A stretch of 64,000 nt of DNA from Pseudogymnoascus verrucosus (Eukaryota). Below the pieces are notes generated by a model that did not search any database, had not been told where the DNA came from, and saw only the letters and a list, made by a program, of their open reading frames with translations. The stretch is from assembly GCA_001662655.1 (NCBI GenBank), contig KV460217.1; one strand, written 5' to 3'. The translations under genes and the position numbers were made by a program. The first letter of the stretch is position 1; each line of letters opens with the position of its first letter. Below, one piece after another: positions 47,438 through 60,370 of this stretch.

Positions 47438-50361
47438 ATGTCAGGAGACCGTTCTCACTGGGATTCACGGCAAAATTCGCCCCGGAGTCCACACCGAGGC
47501 GGCCGCGGTGGTGGCCGAGGTCAATATCGAGGACGCGGGCGAGGATCGTATCATGAAGACCGAAGTCGGGAGGACCAGGACGAACGAGAGCGAGAACGGC
47601 GCGCTGCTGCTGCGGAAAACTACCGGAATAATCGAGGGCAATATTCGCCTGCGGAATATCGTGACCGTAACAGAGGTATGTACAATTTGCCTTGGAAGGT
47701 CATTCTTCTGATTTGATTGATCTAAAACTCTGGCTAACTAACTGCACAGACAATGGCACGTCTCGGGACTCGAGCGAGCACGGATATCGTCGAACGTTAC
47801 CAAAACCACAAGAGTCGACTCCTTCAACCCCTACTAGGTGCGGACTAGGCACTGAGTTCGCGTCAGCAATACAGTCGTTGGCTGAGTGGACCACAGAGGA
47901 GAAAAATTTACGTCTCAGGTGCGAACGGGCGAGGCAAGACTGCGATGAGGCAAGGTATATTTTCGATTCAGGGAAGCCTACACATTCCCAATTTCCTATT
48001 GAGGCGGAAAGAGCAAAAGAAAGATATGCTAAGGAAAAGTCGGCGCTTGAAGCTTTGGAGGCAAAGTTGAAAGAGGCAAATTCCAAGATATCCAGCACCA
48101 CCACGGTCGTGGCGCAACACTATGATTCCCTTATTTCTTCCAAAGGTGGAGCGAGATCGTTTCAGCTTGGCACTGGGATCGAGAATGGGTTATCAGAAGC
48201 TGACGATAAGTTTTTGAAGCTCGAAAGGGATATGAAAGCCGAGAACCGGAAGCTTCAGGAGGAATTTGATTTGCGTCTTAAAGGTGCCGAAGATAGGATA
48301 AGGAGCGACTCTCGTGACCAGGTGGTCGCCATGAATTCATCTATATTAAGCAAAACCGATAATCTCCTTACGCTTAGCAGAGACGTCCTTGAGCTTAAGA
48401 AGCACTCAGACTATCACAAAAATCAGCTCAGTCAACAGCAGGATCAGCTGAGAGAATACAAAACTGCCATCAAGAAGCTTGGTGGAGCACCAGTTAATGG
48501 GTATTCAAGCGACGCTCCTTCTCCAGGCGATGAGAAGACTCTCATGCGCATCCAGTCAGTGGAGACTCAATTGGCTGCCGAACATTCGTCAAATCTAAAG
48601 CTAGCATCTCGAATCGAAACTGTCGAACAGGTACAAACCACTAATACGTTGGCAATGCAACAAGAGATCCAACTTGCCGTTGCTAATACGTCAAGCTTGG
48701 AGCTCGTACCAAGAATCGATGCTATCGAAAGGAGCCAAGCCGCTATGTTGCAAATACAAGATAATTTTGAACAGCTGCAACACAACGTCGGTGGCTTTGA
48801 TGATGATCTAAGCCGCCATGACCAGAGAATCAAAGCCTTGGAGAGTTCTTCAGATAGACCTCAATTGTCGGATACCACTGGTCCCGGAAATGACACTACT
48901 CCTGTTGCAAGCCTAGTAACGCAACAGATAAATGCTCTTAAGAATTATATGAGCGAAAGCATTGTGGAGATCAAAGCATCACAGGATGCTTCTGACGGAG
49001 CGCATGGGTCACTAATACAAGGGTTACTTGGCAATGTCTCAACAATGGAGGCTAGGGTGGCTGGATTAATGAATGGCGTCGAAGCACTTCATGCTCAACA
49101 AAAGGCCACGTTTGACGAGTTAAGGCAGTTGTTGAGAAGGGTTGGGTCCCTGGAGTCTGACTTCGTTCATATGAAACCTGTCAAGGCTGTAGCACCGTTA
49201 AACGGATCGGAGAATGCGGCCTCTGCATCTACAACCGGTTTTCTTCAAAATGGCGTTCACGCACCAGGGATTGATTGGGGCCCAGCTCTAAATTCTTTGA
49301 GTAGTGAAGTGGCCGATATCAATCGCAGACTGGCCGAAACTAAGCAATTCGAAGCTGGAATCAACATGGGTATACGGAACTTGGACACGCGGATGAATAA
49401 CATCTTTACCGATCATCTCTCTAAGCAGATCCTTGGGCAGCTCCAAACGGTGTATCCGAATCTCGTCCAGGTTGAAACTCTTGTCCGAGACTTAAACACT
49501 CGTATGGGACTCGTCGAAGGCACCTTTCACAATCATACCGAGAGTATTGGCTACATCAGAGATTCTCAGGACGCGGTTCAAGGTAGGCTACGAACCTGGG
49601 AGAGTAACTATACCACGGCGATTGCAAATTTATCGACGGCGGTAGACTCTGTTAGAGACTCCGTTCATATCCTACAATCCCCGGGTGTTGGCTTTAGGAC
49701 GCCTGGTGGGAGCAACGAACAGGACGCGATTCAGGGTAGGCAACAAGCCGGGGATAATAACTATACCACGACGATTGCAAATTTATCGGCGGCGGTAGAC
49801 TCTATTAAAGGATCCGTTTCTATCCTACAGTCCCAGGCTGATGGCTCTAAAGCTTATTTAAAGGAAGAAATGACGGTGCGGATGGACTCGCTATTCAAAG
49901 ACCTTAAGGAACATATTGAGGCAGTATCCAAACGTTTGCAGAGGCAGATTGAGGATATTGAGCACCTAATCGAGTTCGATGAGGATGGAAAAGTGCAGTC
50001 AGTGAAAGAAGCGATCCACGTTCTCACGGAGAACTATGGGAAGATGATGGGAGAGTTCGACGCGCTTGATTACCAAGTGCAAAAGCTTAAGGCGGAATCT
50101 GCCTCGAGCCGTGAAGGCAGTGCCGTCAATCAGCCGCAGGTTGGCAAGGTACAAGAAACCGTGCCATCTGCCTCTGGCCCTAGGGCTGTTTCGACAGCAC
50201 TCCCTTCCCCTGCGTCGTTAATATCTAGGCAGTCTGGAAACAAGCGCAGTGCTCCGTCTTCGCCTTCGGCTAGGTCACAAGTGTCTGGTCAGAAGCAAAC
50301 AAGCAAGAGGAGACGAGAGGCCCAAGGGCCATTTGTGTTCTCGGATGGGGACCAGGAGTAG
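47438..50361 (+). CDS. Long coiled-coil hypothetical protein with RG-rich N-terminus
   Basis: Exon 1 from 47438, intron ~47676-47749, then a long heptad-rich ORF ending in a basic NLS-like tail. Confidence 0.8.
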
Positions 50362-50957
50362 GGTGTTAGCTAGGGAAGCTAAGAAATGGCGTTTCAGGAG
50401 GTCGAGATTCAAGAAGAGCGCTTCTTACATTTACTTTTTTAGCGAGACGTTCATGGCTACTGTCCGACACAAAAGTTCATTTGGGCTTATTGCTTGCTGT
50501 CAACAATGCAGTACCAATTTTGCTTTAAATGCACGAAAGCGAAATATACGACCATACGATTTTAAAGGCTGCAGTGGCTCTAGCTGCTAAGTCGGTCACG
50601 ACAGAACATCAATCACCTATAATGCAGCAAGTTGCCTTACTACATTTTTAATCATCTGGCTTCTATTAGAGCGAAGGAATAGGTGGTTGCAGCTTAGAGA
50701 GGGGAGTTGGCGTTTTCAGAGATACCAACCTATTACTATTGTTACATAGGCACAATAATACAAGACAACGATGCAACAAGAACAAAGACAACATCTAAAG
50801 CTAAGGGAACATATAATAAATGGACAACATTATGATTCCTTATTGTAATCTAGTAGCAGTTATGCTCCTTTAACTACTATTTCATCTCCCCCTTTATACA
50901 CTTCTTTATCTACAACTATATAATTCTGTAACTATACTACCTCGTAGCTTATTCCCA

Positions 50958-51622
50958 TTATGGGCTTACTTCCTCCTGTGGTATAATGCGGTCCCTATCA
51001 CTGCCAAACGTCCCCTCGCCCTCTGGTATTATAGGCTCCTCCTGCGTCTCCCACGGCTTCTTTCGCCTCGAAGCGGCCGGCTGGGTCGCCTTGTCGGCGA
51101 GCACGGTAGGTGGGATGTCCATGATGCCAGGTATCGGAGCACCACTATTGATGAGGGCGACAATATCCGCGAAAGAGGTTGGGAAAGAGGGATTGGGGTC
51201 GGCGTTGGCGGTGCCGCTGGCTGGTGGATGCGGGGTCGACTCCCCAGCAGCGTCGCTCGGCTTTGGCGCCGGGAACTCTTCAGGGGATTGCGAGGCAAGA
51301 TGCGCCTTGTACGCGTCGAAGTCGATTGTCTGGTTTGTTTTGCGCGCGTAGTAGAATGTTCGGGCGCGGATGGTGAGGTCTCTCAACTGGGAGGGGCTTG
51401 GGTTTGGGCCGAGGATGGCGGCGAGGCCAGCCTTGCGAACGTCAATGTCTTAGATGGAATTGGATTGAGTGGCGTAAATAGCGTAAGACATACCTGGAAT
51501 TCACCATCTTTCTCCCAGTTGTAGGAATCCAGCTCTTGAAAGAGCTTTTCGTTGTTTGACGGCTCTGTCGACATTTCTTTCGACATTCCGGCCACAAACT
51601 TGGGAGTTGTTTGGTCTTCCAT
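50958..51622 (-). CDS. PEX39: DUF5572/KPWE-motif protein (PEX39-like peroxin)
   Basis: LFQELDSYNWEKDGEFQ spliced to AGLAAIL...ARTFYYARK, then SFADIVALINSGAPIPGI and RRKKPWE. Confidence 0.75.
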
Positions 51623-52057
51623 GTGAGTTTGTCGCTCGGCCGGTCATTAAGCGCAGGGCTGATGGACAAGGCTGACAGTTGTGCATGGATTAGTTAAACG
51701 AGGTTTAGCTCAGCCTTTTCGGCTTTTTCGCGTTTTTATTGGGTGGCTGGGGGTTGTCTGGCAACTGGCGTTTACGTTTACCATCCCCTTGGTCTTGGCA
51801 CCGCGGAATCCACCACCGCGCACAAACTTCACCACCCAAGCCCGCCAGAGACGAGAGAGATCCACTGTGACAACCTCCTCCCTCTTCCTTCAACACCACT
51901 CAACGTTCGATCTTCACCAGTCTTCAATCTATACGTTTTCGGACCCGGCGCGATCATACTACTTTCTTCTTTTCTCGCTCTGATTTGATTTCAGATCGCT
52001 TGATATAGTACTGCCCCGTTTCTTTTTGCGCTGAGGAGCGGCGCGACCTAGTTCGAC

Positions 52058-54147
52058 ATGTCCGAGTTCATCGGGTGAGTTCCAGCCTCCGCGTCACAGC
52101 CTGGCCAACAAATCATACCGGGAATCCTTTAGCTAATCGATGCTCGCAGATCACGCATATCCCTTGTTTCGAGGAGTGATATTCGGTACGAATAGGGTCC
52201 AATTGCACGTCCCCAAAGGACCCAACTGACCGCCGCGGCTGCAGCTATGTAGGCACTTTGCATGAGATCAATTCCGAGACATCGACCGTTGCACTCGAGA
52301 ACGTTACATCTTTTGGTACTGAGGGTCGGAAGGGAAACCCAGACGAAGAGATTGCGGCGAGCGACAGCATCTACGAATACATTGTCTTCCGTGGCAGTGA
52401 TGTCAAAGACTTGCGGATCGAGGAAGCTCCAGCTGCGAAGGAGAACAAGCCACCACAGGTGCCAAATGACCCTGCCATCCTAGGTGTACGTCTATCACTC
52501 CCTTCAGAACCTCTACAGACTGCCCCCGAGTCAAAGCACATCCTGAGATGACGAAAAATTCCGGATGTAAACCATTACTTTCTCCGAGAGCGCAAACCCC
52601 ATGTGGAGATTTCCGTTGCCTTCCTTCTGATCTATCCCAACATTATTCACTCATTTTATCAAATGTGGTGTTTCAAAGCTAACATAAATGCTTAGTCGGG
52701 ATCTCGTCCTGTCCAGCAACAGCAGCAAGCGCCACAACAGCCGCCAGCACCTCCAGGGCAAGGTGGACGACAGTTCCAACAGCAGCCAGGGCCGCCACAG
52801 AACCAAGGCCAGCAGAACCCAGCCGGTCCTGCGTCCCAACAACAACAACAACAGTACCCTCCTCAGTTCTACCCTCCCCCAGGCCCAGGACAATGGGGCC
52901 GTGGCGGTCCACTTCCACCTGGAGCTGGATATCCTGGCATGCCTTATCCTCCACCTCCACCAGGGTGGTATCCTCCCCCAGGACAAGGATTCCCCCAGCC
53001 AGGCCCGTTCCCGTACGGCCCATATGGTCCATTTCCCCCAGGACCTCCAGGAGGACCCCCAGGACCACCTGGCCCACCAAACCAGCAATTCCCGCAGCAG
53101 AAACCTGCGCCAATCGGTCCAGGTGGAAGGCAACAGACAACACCCGGTCCCACGGATAAGTCTGTTGAGCCAAAGAGCCTAGGCGGCCAGGCCCCAGCTG
53201 CTCCAGGGCCCCATGCGAAGGGGCCAAAGCAACAACAGGCACCTGTCGAGTTGAAGGGGTCGCCTGTCCAAGCCCCAGCTCCTAAGGAGGCTCCAGCTGC
53301 CACAACTGGCCCTGCTGCTCCCGCTGCTACCAAGACCGCTCCAACTGGACCTAAGGGCGGCAGGATCCCACCTGCGGTCCCACTTGCAAGCCCAAGTGCT
53401 GCTAAAGCCCATGCTGCGACCACTAGCAAAGCCCCCGCCCCAGCAGTCAATGTTCTCGCTCGCTCTGCTGTCGAAGATGCTACTCAAGCTGCCACCGCAG
53501 CGGTCGCCGCGGCCATGGCCAAGCTTCCCCCTGTCGAGGGTCAGCACCAGAACGGTAATGCCATTGACAACCTGACCAGAAAGGTCAACGAAATGAGAAC
53601 AAACGACACGATCCGTGCTCCCCGTCAACCAGGCGTCGGCGGGTTTGGTGGACGCGGTGGTGCGTCGCGAGGCCGTGGAGGACCTCGCCAGGAGGCCCGC
53701 AAGGTTGAGGTCCCCAAGGACGATTTTGACTTCGAATCATCCAACGCCAAGTTCAACAAGCAAGATCTGGTCAAGGAAGCGATTGCTGGCACTTCGCCTG
53801 CCGAAAGCCCAATTGAGGAGGCAGCACCAGAGACGGCGGCAACAGGGTCCTACAACAAGTCGTCTTCCTTCTTTGACGACCTGTCCAGCGAAAGCAAGGA
53901 CCGCGCAGAGGGCGACTCCACTGGCAGGCGCCCAGGTGGCCGCGAATGGCGCGGTGAGGAGCAGAAGAAGAACTTCGAGACCTTCGGACAGGGCAGCGTC
54001 GATAATGGGTACCGAGGTGGTTTCCGCGGCCGAGGACGCGGACGCGGCGGCATGAGAGGTCGCGGACACTTTGGCGGAAACGGACAGCCCGGCGCACGCG
54101 GCGGGCGCGGTGCGCATCGCGGAGGAGCCCAGGAGGGCGGCCTATAA
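52058..54147 (+). CDS. SCD6: Scd6/Lsm14/Sum2 P-body protein
   Basis: MSEFIGSRISLVSRSDIRYVG...YEYIVFRGSDVKDL (Lsm14 domain), DFDFESSNAKFNK (FDF), SFFDDLS (FFD), NFETFG (TFG) and RGG tail. Confidence 0.96.
52543..52635 (+). ncRNA. Intronic box C/D snoRNA, snR52-like (18S Am420 guide)
   Basis: Inside SCD6 intron 52486-52695. Box C ATGACGA (52548), D' CCGA (52584), C' GTGGAGA (52603), box D CTGA (52627). The guide GTTGCCTTCCTT is complementary to conserved 18S AAGGAAGGCAGC. Confidence 0.8.
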
Positions 54148-55164
54148 CTCGCGACATAGGAGTTTTCAACGTTTTCTACCGATGTCGACGGAATGACGGA
54201 CGGTGTATCAACAGACTCTTTACGGCGGACAAAAATCTGAAATATCTGGAAAAAGACAGCGCGTTTTTCTTCACATGTCTCGTTCTTTATGCTTTTGCTT
54301 GCCGCGCTTTTACTCGCTCGGCATTGGCTCGCTGTGTCTACCGTGGGGATTTTTCAAAGGAGTCTTGTGGGATACCAAGATTACGATTGTAGTGTGGATT
54401 TATCTACACATTTTTTTTTCTTTCATATTGTTGTACTACAAGCATTACGACTCGCATGATACGGTTCATGATGGAATCTGGGTGGCCTGGCGGCAGGTCA
54501 TGGCCAAGGATCGGATCGAGGATGGATATGGCCAGTAGATGGATCTCTGTTACGGGGCCTTCGTTATGACGGCTGGTTTGCATAAAAATGGAGGTGAAAG
54601 GGGGGTTTGGTTTGATAGAGACTTGCAGCTAGATACTGCAGAGCATAGTCGAATAATAAATGCGTCAAACCAACAATATTTGTCTGCAATGTACAGTGAT
54701 TCTGGTGTATTTTTTGTCGATATATGCGCGTCATATTCTCAGCTACTGTGCTCAAGCCATGTGCCGAGAATATATTTGAACTCCGACTTCTCAGCTTTCT
54801 CCTTTTAGAACAGCACGTTTATGTTAGTGTATTACGAACTATACTAATGTTTTATATTTCCTTTCTCCTTTACTTGCGGTCCTCTATGCTTTCATCCTTT
54901 ATACACGTGTTCTGGAAGGGACAGCTCAGCTTCGAGGAACAACATTCCTCCGACTCCGCCACAGGGTTCCGCAAGCATCGAGAGCTGCCCCGTGTCCAAT
55001 TCAGGACGCGATATACCAACTGCCTCTCAACTGCCGCACGCTGCTTTTCAACACGATCCCCAGCGCACTCGATGACCTGCCGTTGAAACCGCGCAACTTG
55101 ATAATTGCTTGGAGGAAGACACATACCCCTTCGTGACGGGCATCTGCGCCATCAAACCGCCAAT

Positions 55165-55980
55165 ATGAATTTGTTCCGTCTCCTGGGTACGCATCTTTTA
55201 ATTGGGGAAGGCTTCATGGGATGAAGGGCTAATTGTTGCGTAGCTGATTTCAGCCATTTGTTGTCCATTTTGATCCTGCTGGATAAGATGATCAGGACAA
55301 ACGTGAGGCGCCCTCCTTCCAATGCGTCACGCCTACTCTGGAGCTATACTGACATCCCTCCCAGAGCTGTTCCGGAATCTCGTTCAAGTCGCAAGCATTA
55401 TACCTCATTGTCTACGTGACGCGCTACCTTGGTATGCCACTCTTCGCCTCCTATCCAGGCGCTCCAACTAACAGCCCGCCCCGCAGATATCTTCACAACC
55501 TTCACGGACAGCTACTACAACAGCATCTTCAAGATCCTCTTCATCTCCTCCTCGGGCTACACGCTCTACCTGATGATGACGACCTACAAGCCCACGCAAT
55601 CCGCTCCCCTCGACACCTTCCGCGTGCAATACCTCCTCCTAGGCGCCTTCGTCCTCGGCGCCCTCTTCCCGCCGGAATACAGCGTGCGCGAAGTCCTCTG
55701 GAGCTTCAGCATCTGGCTTGAGAGCGTGGCTATCCTGCCGCAGCTGTTCATGCTGCAGCGCACGGGCGAAGCGGACACGATCACCGTGCACTACATTTTT
55801 GCACTGGGTATCTACCGCGCGCTATACATCCCCAACTGGATCTGGAGGTACTGGTCGACTGGGCATCTGGATAAGATCTCGGTGCTGGCGGGGCTTGTGC
55901 AGACTGTGCTGTACAGTGATTTCTTCTGGATCTACTATACCAAGGTCATGAAGGGGAAGAAGTTCGCATTGCCGGTATAA
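55165..55980 (+). CDS. ERD2: ER lumen protein-retaining (HDEL) receptor
   Basis: MNLFRLLADFSH..., SCSGISFKSQ, VTRYLD, WSFSIWLESVAILPQL, YRALYIPNW, YSDFF; three introns. Confidence 0.97.
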
Positions 55981-56400
55981 GGGTGGCGTTGGACTGGATG
56001 GATGGGGGGGCAGATGAGGTTGTGGAGACTGAGCGTGGATTTGGGGCCGGAATGGCGTGGACTGTGTATTGAGGTGTATCAGATGATGATGTGGATTGAA
56101 AAACGGGCCCTTTTTGCCGTGTACGACTTAGCATTGGACTGGCGTTGGAATGGCACACTGGTTATTATAGACGCAGCGATTGCCGGGTGGTTCTACTGTG
56201 TTTGTTGAATATATATTGCAGCAAATCACCTATTACAGATCCTCTTCTCCGTGCTCTTGTCCGTGAACTCTCACTCCATGACACTACTAAATGGACTCAC
56301 GCAGATAAGTGTAATGTACATGTATATTATCTAGACTATAAAAAACTCGTAAATCTCATAAGGACAACGCTCAATATGCCATCCCATAACCCCTCGTCCA

Positions 56401-57603
56401 TCAAGAACCAAGCTCATATGGACTATGCGACATTCTATACGCCGACAACTCAACAGGGGTATACCGCCTCGGAGGAGGAGGCGGCATACGGTGATACGGA
56501 TTCGCATACACCTCGTACTTAGCATACGGGTCGAACTTGTCGGTGCTTCCCATACTAGCATCTCTACTGATAGAGGTCTGCATGTCGGGGAAGTGGAAGG
56601 GCCCGGAGATGGCGGGCTTGCCGATAGACGGCGAGGGCTGCTTAGGCTCCCGGTCACGCTGGCGCTTCCGTAGGAACATGACACCGAGGATGACGAAGCA
56701 GATTAGGGCGGCGCCGCCAACTGCGCCTCCCACTATGGCGCCGACGTTGTTAGGGGCGGATGGAGGCGTGGCCGCAGTATCAGATGATGATGAAGAGGGC
56801 GATTCGTCTGACACCAGCTTTGTTGGGGCAGATATCCCTGCGCCGGTCGGCGGAGGCGAAGTGATATGGTCTGAAGACGATGAGGAAGCCGAGTCCGAAG
56901 AGTCCGAAGAAGACGTTGAGGTCGTACTCGAAGATGAGGGTGGAGGTGTGGTGGAGGTCGTTGGGGGGATGGTAGTGGATTTCTCAGCGGGAGTGGGAGT
57001 CTTCGTTGGTGTTGGCGTTGTTGTAAACGATGTAGGCGACGCCAGCAAGTGGTCTGTTTTAGGTGTATTTGCGCAGGCAATATACGCATACGTCTGATCC
57101 GGACCCGCGGTCAGGAGCGCAGTCGAGCAAAAGTCGTTACCGGCATCCGTGCTAATATCGAGTCAGGCAACTTTCTTGTAGACCAAACGGAGCATCCACA
57201 CATACCAGTGAAAAGTCGTGACAGTGGAATCGCCGGAGATGCCACATCCAGTAGAGCAGGCATGGTTATCAACACATGCACCCGCAAGACCACAGTCACT
57301 TGCTGCTATGACTGTGGTGGGACAGAATCCCCATAGTTGCTTCTGTATGTCGACACGGCAGTCGAAGCCAGCGTCGGCAGTACGAGGATGGTCTGCCCTT
57401 CCCTCGCCGAATCCGCATGTCGATGCGCGAACTTGCTCCTGCCGCTTCTTAAAAAGCCCTAGGATGGGTGCAAGTAATCCAACAGTTGAGTTAGAGCTCG
57501 ATGCCTGCATCAGCTTCTGGCCTGGCCGAGCCGTTGTCGATGCTTCGACCAAGTTATGATATTGAAGGGCAAGAAAAACGAGGGAAATAAGCAGGCTCCT
57601 CAT
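56401..57603 (-). CDS. Type I membrane protein: signal peptide, Cys-rich ectodomain, S/T/P-rich stalk, TM helix
   Basis: MRSLLISLVFLAL..., Cys-rich domain, one intron (~57205-57152), GAIVGGAVGGAALICFVILGVMFL followed by RKRQR. Confidence 0.85.
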
Positions 57604-58246
57604 TATGAATAGGAAAAGATCATCAATGCTTCAATGACGAACAACGAAAGAATAATAATGCGATAGACAGAGAATGAAACTTGACATATGAGTACCAGAG
57701 CAAGAAGTGGACGCACCTACTATGTATACTTACTTGCGAGGGGTATCATTTCCCAACCAACATTTTTCTGTAACGCTCTGCTTCATAGCTCCTGTTGGAT
57801 GTTGTTATTTTGAGAGTCGTGGTGGATCGAGTACCAGTAGTCACTTTTAGAGTCTCCATACTACGACCAGGTAAACCAGTAACGAGGTCATCCCTGTGGT
57901 CGCTCTATGTTACAAAATGAAGCCATGGGCGGCTCGCGTCAACTGAGAGCGTTTATACCTGGACGGTGATTAGTCCACACGATTCCTTGGCAAGACTTAA
58001 CCCTTTAGCCCACAAGCCAGCCGCCACTAACCACCACGGGAGGAGCCTCGCCCTGACAGACCGACAGGCCATATTTGGCAGGGAGCCACCGAAGGCAACC
58101 ACGCCATTTATCCACCCGCCAGGGCAGCGACGCCAACAGCTGTCAACTGTATCGTTTCAGTATATTGAATAAGCGCGCAATAGCTGCCATGAACACCATA
58201 TCGATATGAATCCTCAGTTACTACAACTAACAAATCTCAACGGACC

Positions 58247-59652
58247 ATGTCCCGGAAACTCAGGGTCCTGGTTTCAACCATCTGCCTGTCCTTCGCTGTT
58301 GTGTCAATTCTAATCAGCGCCACTTATCTTTCTGGCTCGTCGTCTTCGCGAGAGTTTGTTAAGTCATGGGCGGGAAAACTGTCGCCATCGTTGAACAGCC
58401 CATCCTCAAATTCCACAGGTGAGCCCGACGATTAGCGGAAGCAACGGGATTGAGTACTGACACCTCCTGAGCAGCTCCCCAAGATGCTAGTGGGAAGCCT
58501 GATAATGGCCTGGTCCCGGTCCTGCGAGAAGGCAATGCAACATTACTCGAAATGGCCCCGGCCTATATCAAGTCTATCATGACGCCGGAGGACAATACCA
58601 TCCCTCGAATGGAATGCCCAGCTACAGAGGGCAAACGATACGACTACCTCAAAGCAAAGTCGGAGAAGCCGTTCTTTCGCGCCGTGCGACCAAAATACTT
58701 CTTCGCCATCGACCTACATCAGTGTATCGACCTCCTCCCAAGGCTAATCAGCTCTGCCGTAGAAGCCATGCGCTTCCTCGGTCCCGAGAACTGTGCCTTA
58801 TCGATAGTAGAGGGCCGCTCTACCGACGGGACCTTTGAAATCTTGAAGCTGCTGCGCGCAGAAATCGAGACTATGGGCGCCTCATATTACTTCAATTCCT
58901 CGGATCTGAACCCCACCTCTGGAGCCCGCATTGAAATCCTCGCTCAGCTACGGAACCTCGCCGTGCAGCCTCTGATGGCCCAACCCGAGAAGTACGATGC
59001 TTCTACGACAGTCATCTTCCTCAACGATGTCGCGATATGCAAGGAAGATATCCTCGAGCTCATCCACCAGCGCCTGCACCAGTCCGCCGATATGGTGTGT
59101 GCCATGGATTGGACCTATGTCGGCGAGCACCCTACTTTCTACGATGTGTGGATCGCGCGCGATATGGCCGGGGACACATTCTTCAGTATCCCACCCGACG
59201 GGAACTGGGACTCCGCGTGGAACCTGTTCTGGAACAACACGCTAGCGCGGGAGCGGTTCTTCGAGCACAAACCCTTCCAGGTGTTTGCGTGCTGGAACGG
59301 GGCGACGGCGTTCACGGCGAAGCCGCTGCTAGAGCTTGCGATGGGATTCCGTGGCCCGAAGCAGAAGGAGTGTTTCCAAGGGGAACCGGAGATCTTCTGT
59401 AAGGAGCTGTGGAAGGCGGGGTATGGAAAGATTGCGGTGGTGCCGAGTGTCAACTTGGAGTACTCGAATGAGCGGGGGAAGGATATCAAGGCGCTAAAGG
59501 GGTATGCATCGCAGTGGGTGGCTAAGGATGGGGATGATCCGAAAGATACGGCATCAAAGATCCAGTGGGTAAAGGACCCGCCGAAGCTGGTTAAGTGTAT
59601 GCCGAATTACCAGGAACAGACATGGGTGCCGTGGGATCAGAGTTTGGCGTAA
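58247..59652 (+). CDS. Alpha-1,3-mannosyltransferase CMT1/CAP59 family (GT69)
   Basis: Type II anchor, intron 58419-58474, SIVEGRSTDGT, LAQLRN, IFLNDV, CAMDW, FYDVWIARD, PFQVFACWNG. Confidence 0.92.
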
Positions 59653-60370
59653 AAAGAGGTTACATAGCAGGATATGTGTAAGACTATTGGCACGGAACAA
59701 TATACAATAAAATAATAATCCATCATTGCTATATAAGTCTGTGGGAAGACAGTCCTTGCTCTCCCTTTGGACGTGGTTATTATATGATCATACATATTAA
59801 ACGCTTTCCGCCAGCACAATGTGCGCAAGGATCTCCGCTGTTCTCGCCACGTCTTCAGCGTGCGCTTAGTCGTAGAACGCTTCATCCAATTCCTTTAACG
59901 TCTTCCCGCCAGTCTCTGGAACGAACTACTAAGTCCATGCGAATGAGAGGAGACAGAAGACCGCGAAGAAGGTGTAGAACATAACTTCGGATGCGACATA
60001 ACTCGGCACTAACTCTCGGTCTCACATGTGCATCTGCGAAAGCGAAATAAAGTCACTGCTACTAAGTCTACTTTAAAGGTAAATGTATTTTTTTCTCACG
60101 GATGTGGAAGTGCTATCTGTTTAGATGACTAGAAAGGGTTGCACAATGCTCTTTCACTGGTACAGCAAGCTAATAGAAAACCCGAAATTAATTTCTAAAA
60201 AGTTGTCAATGCCAAGGGCTTGTCATTAATATTCCGGCTTCACTTTACATATAGCTCAATGAATACAAAGGGGGGTGGGGGGAAATGGAACGAATGAAAG
60301 GAGGAAAGACGCCATGTGTGCATGAGTTGACAAGCTTGAGCATGTACTGCATTCACGGTCCCCTCGAATC

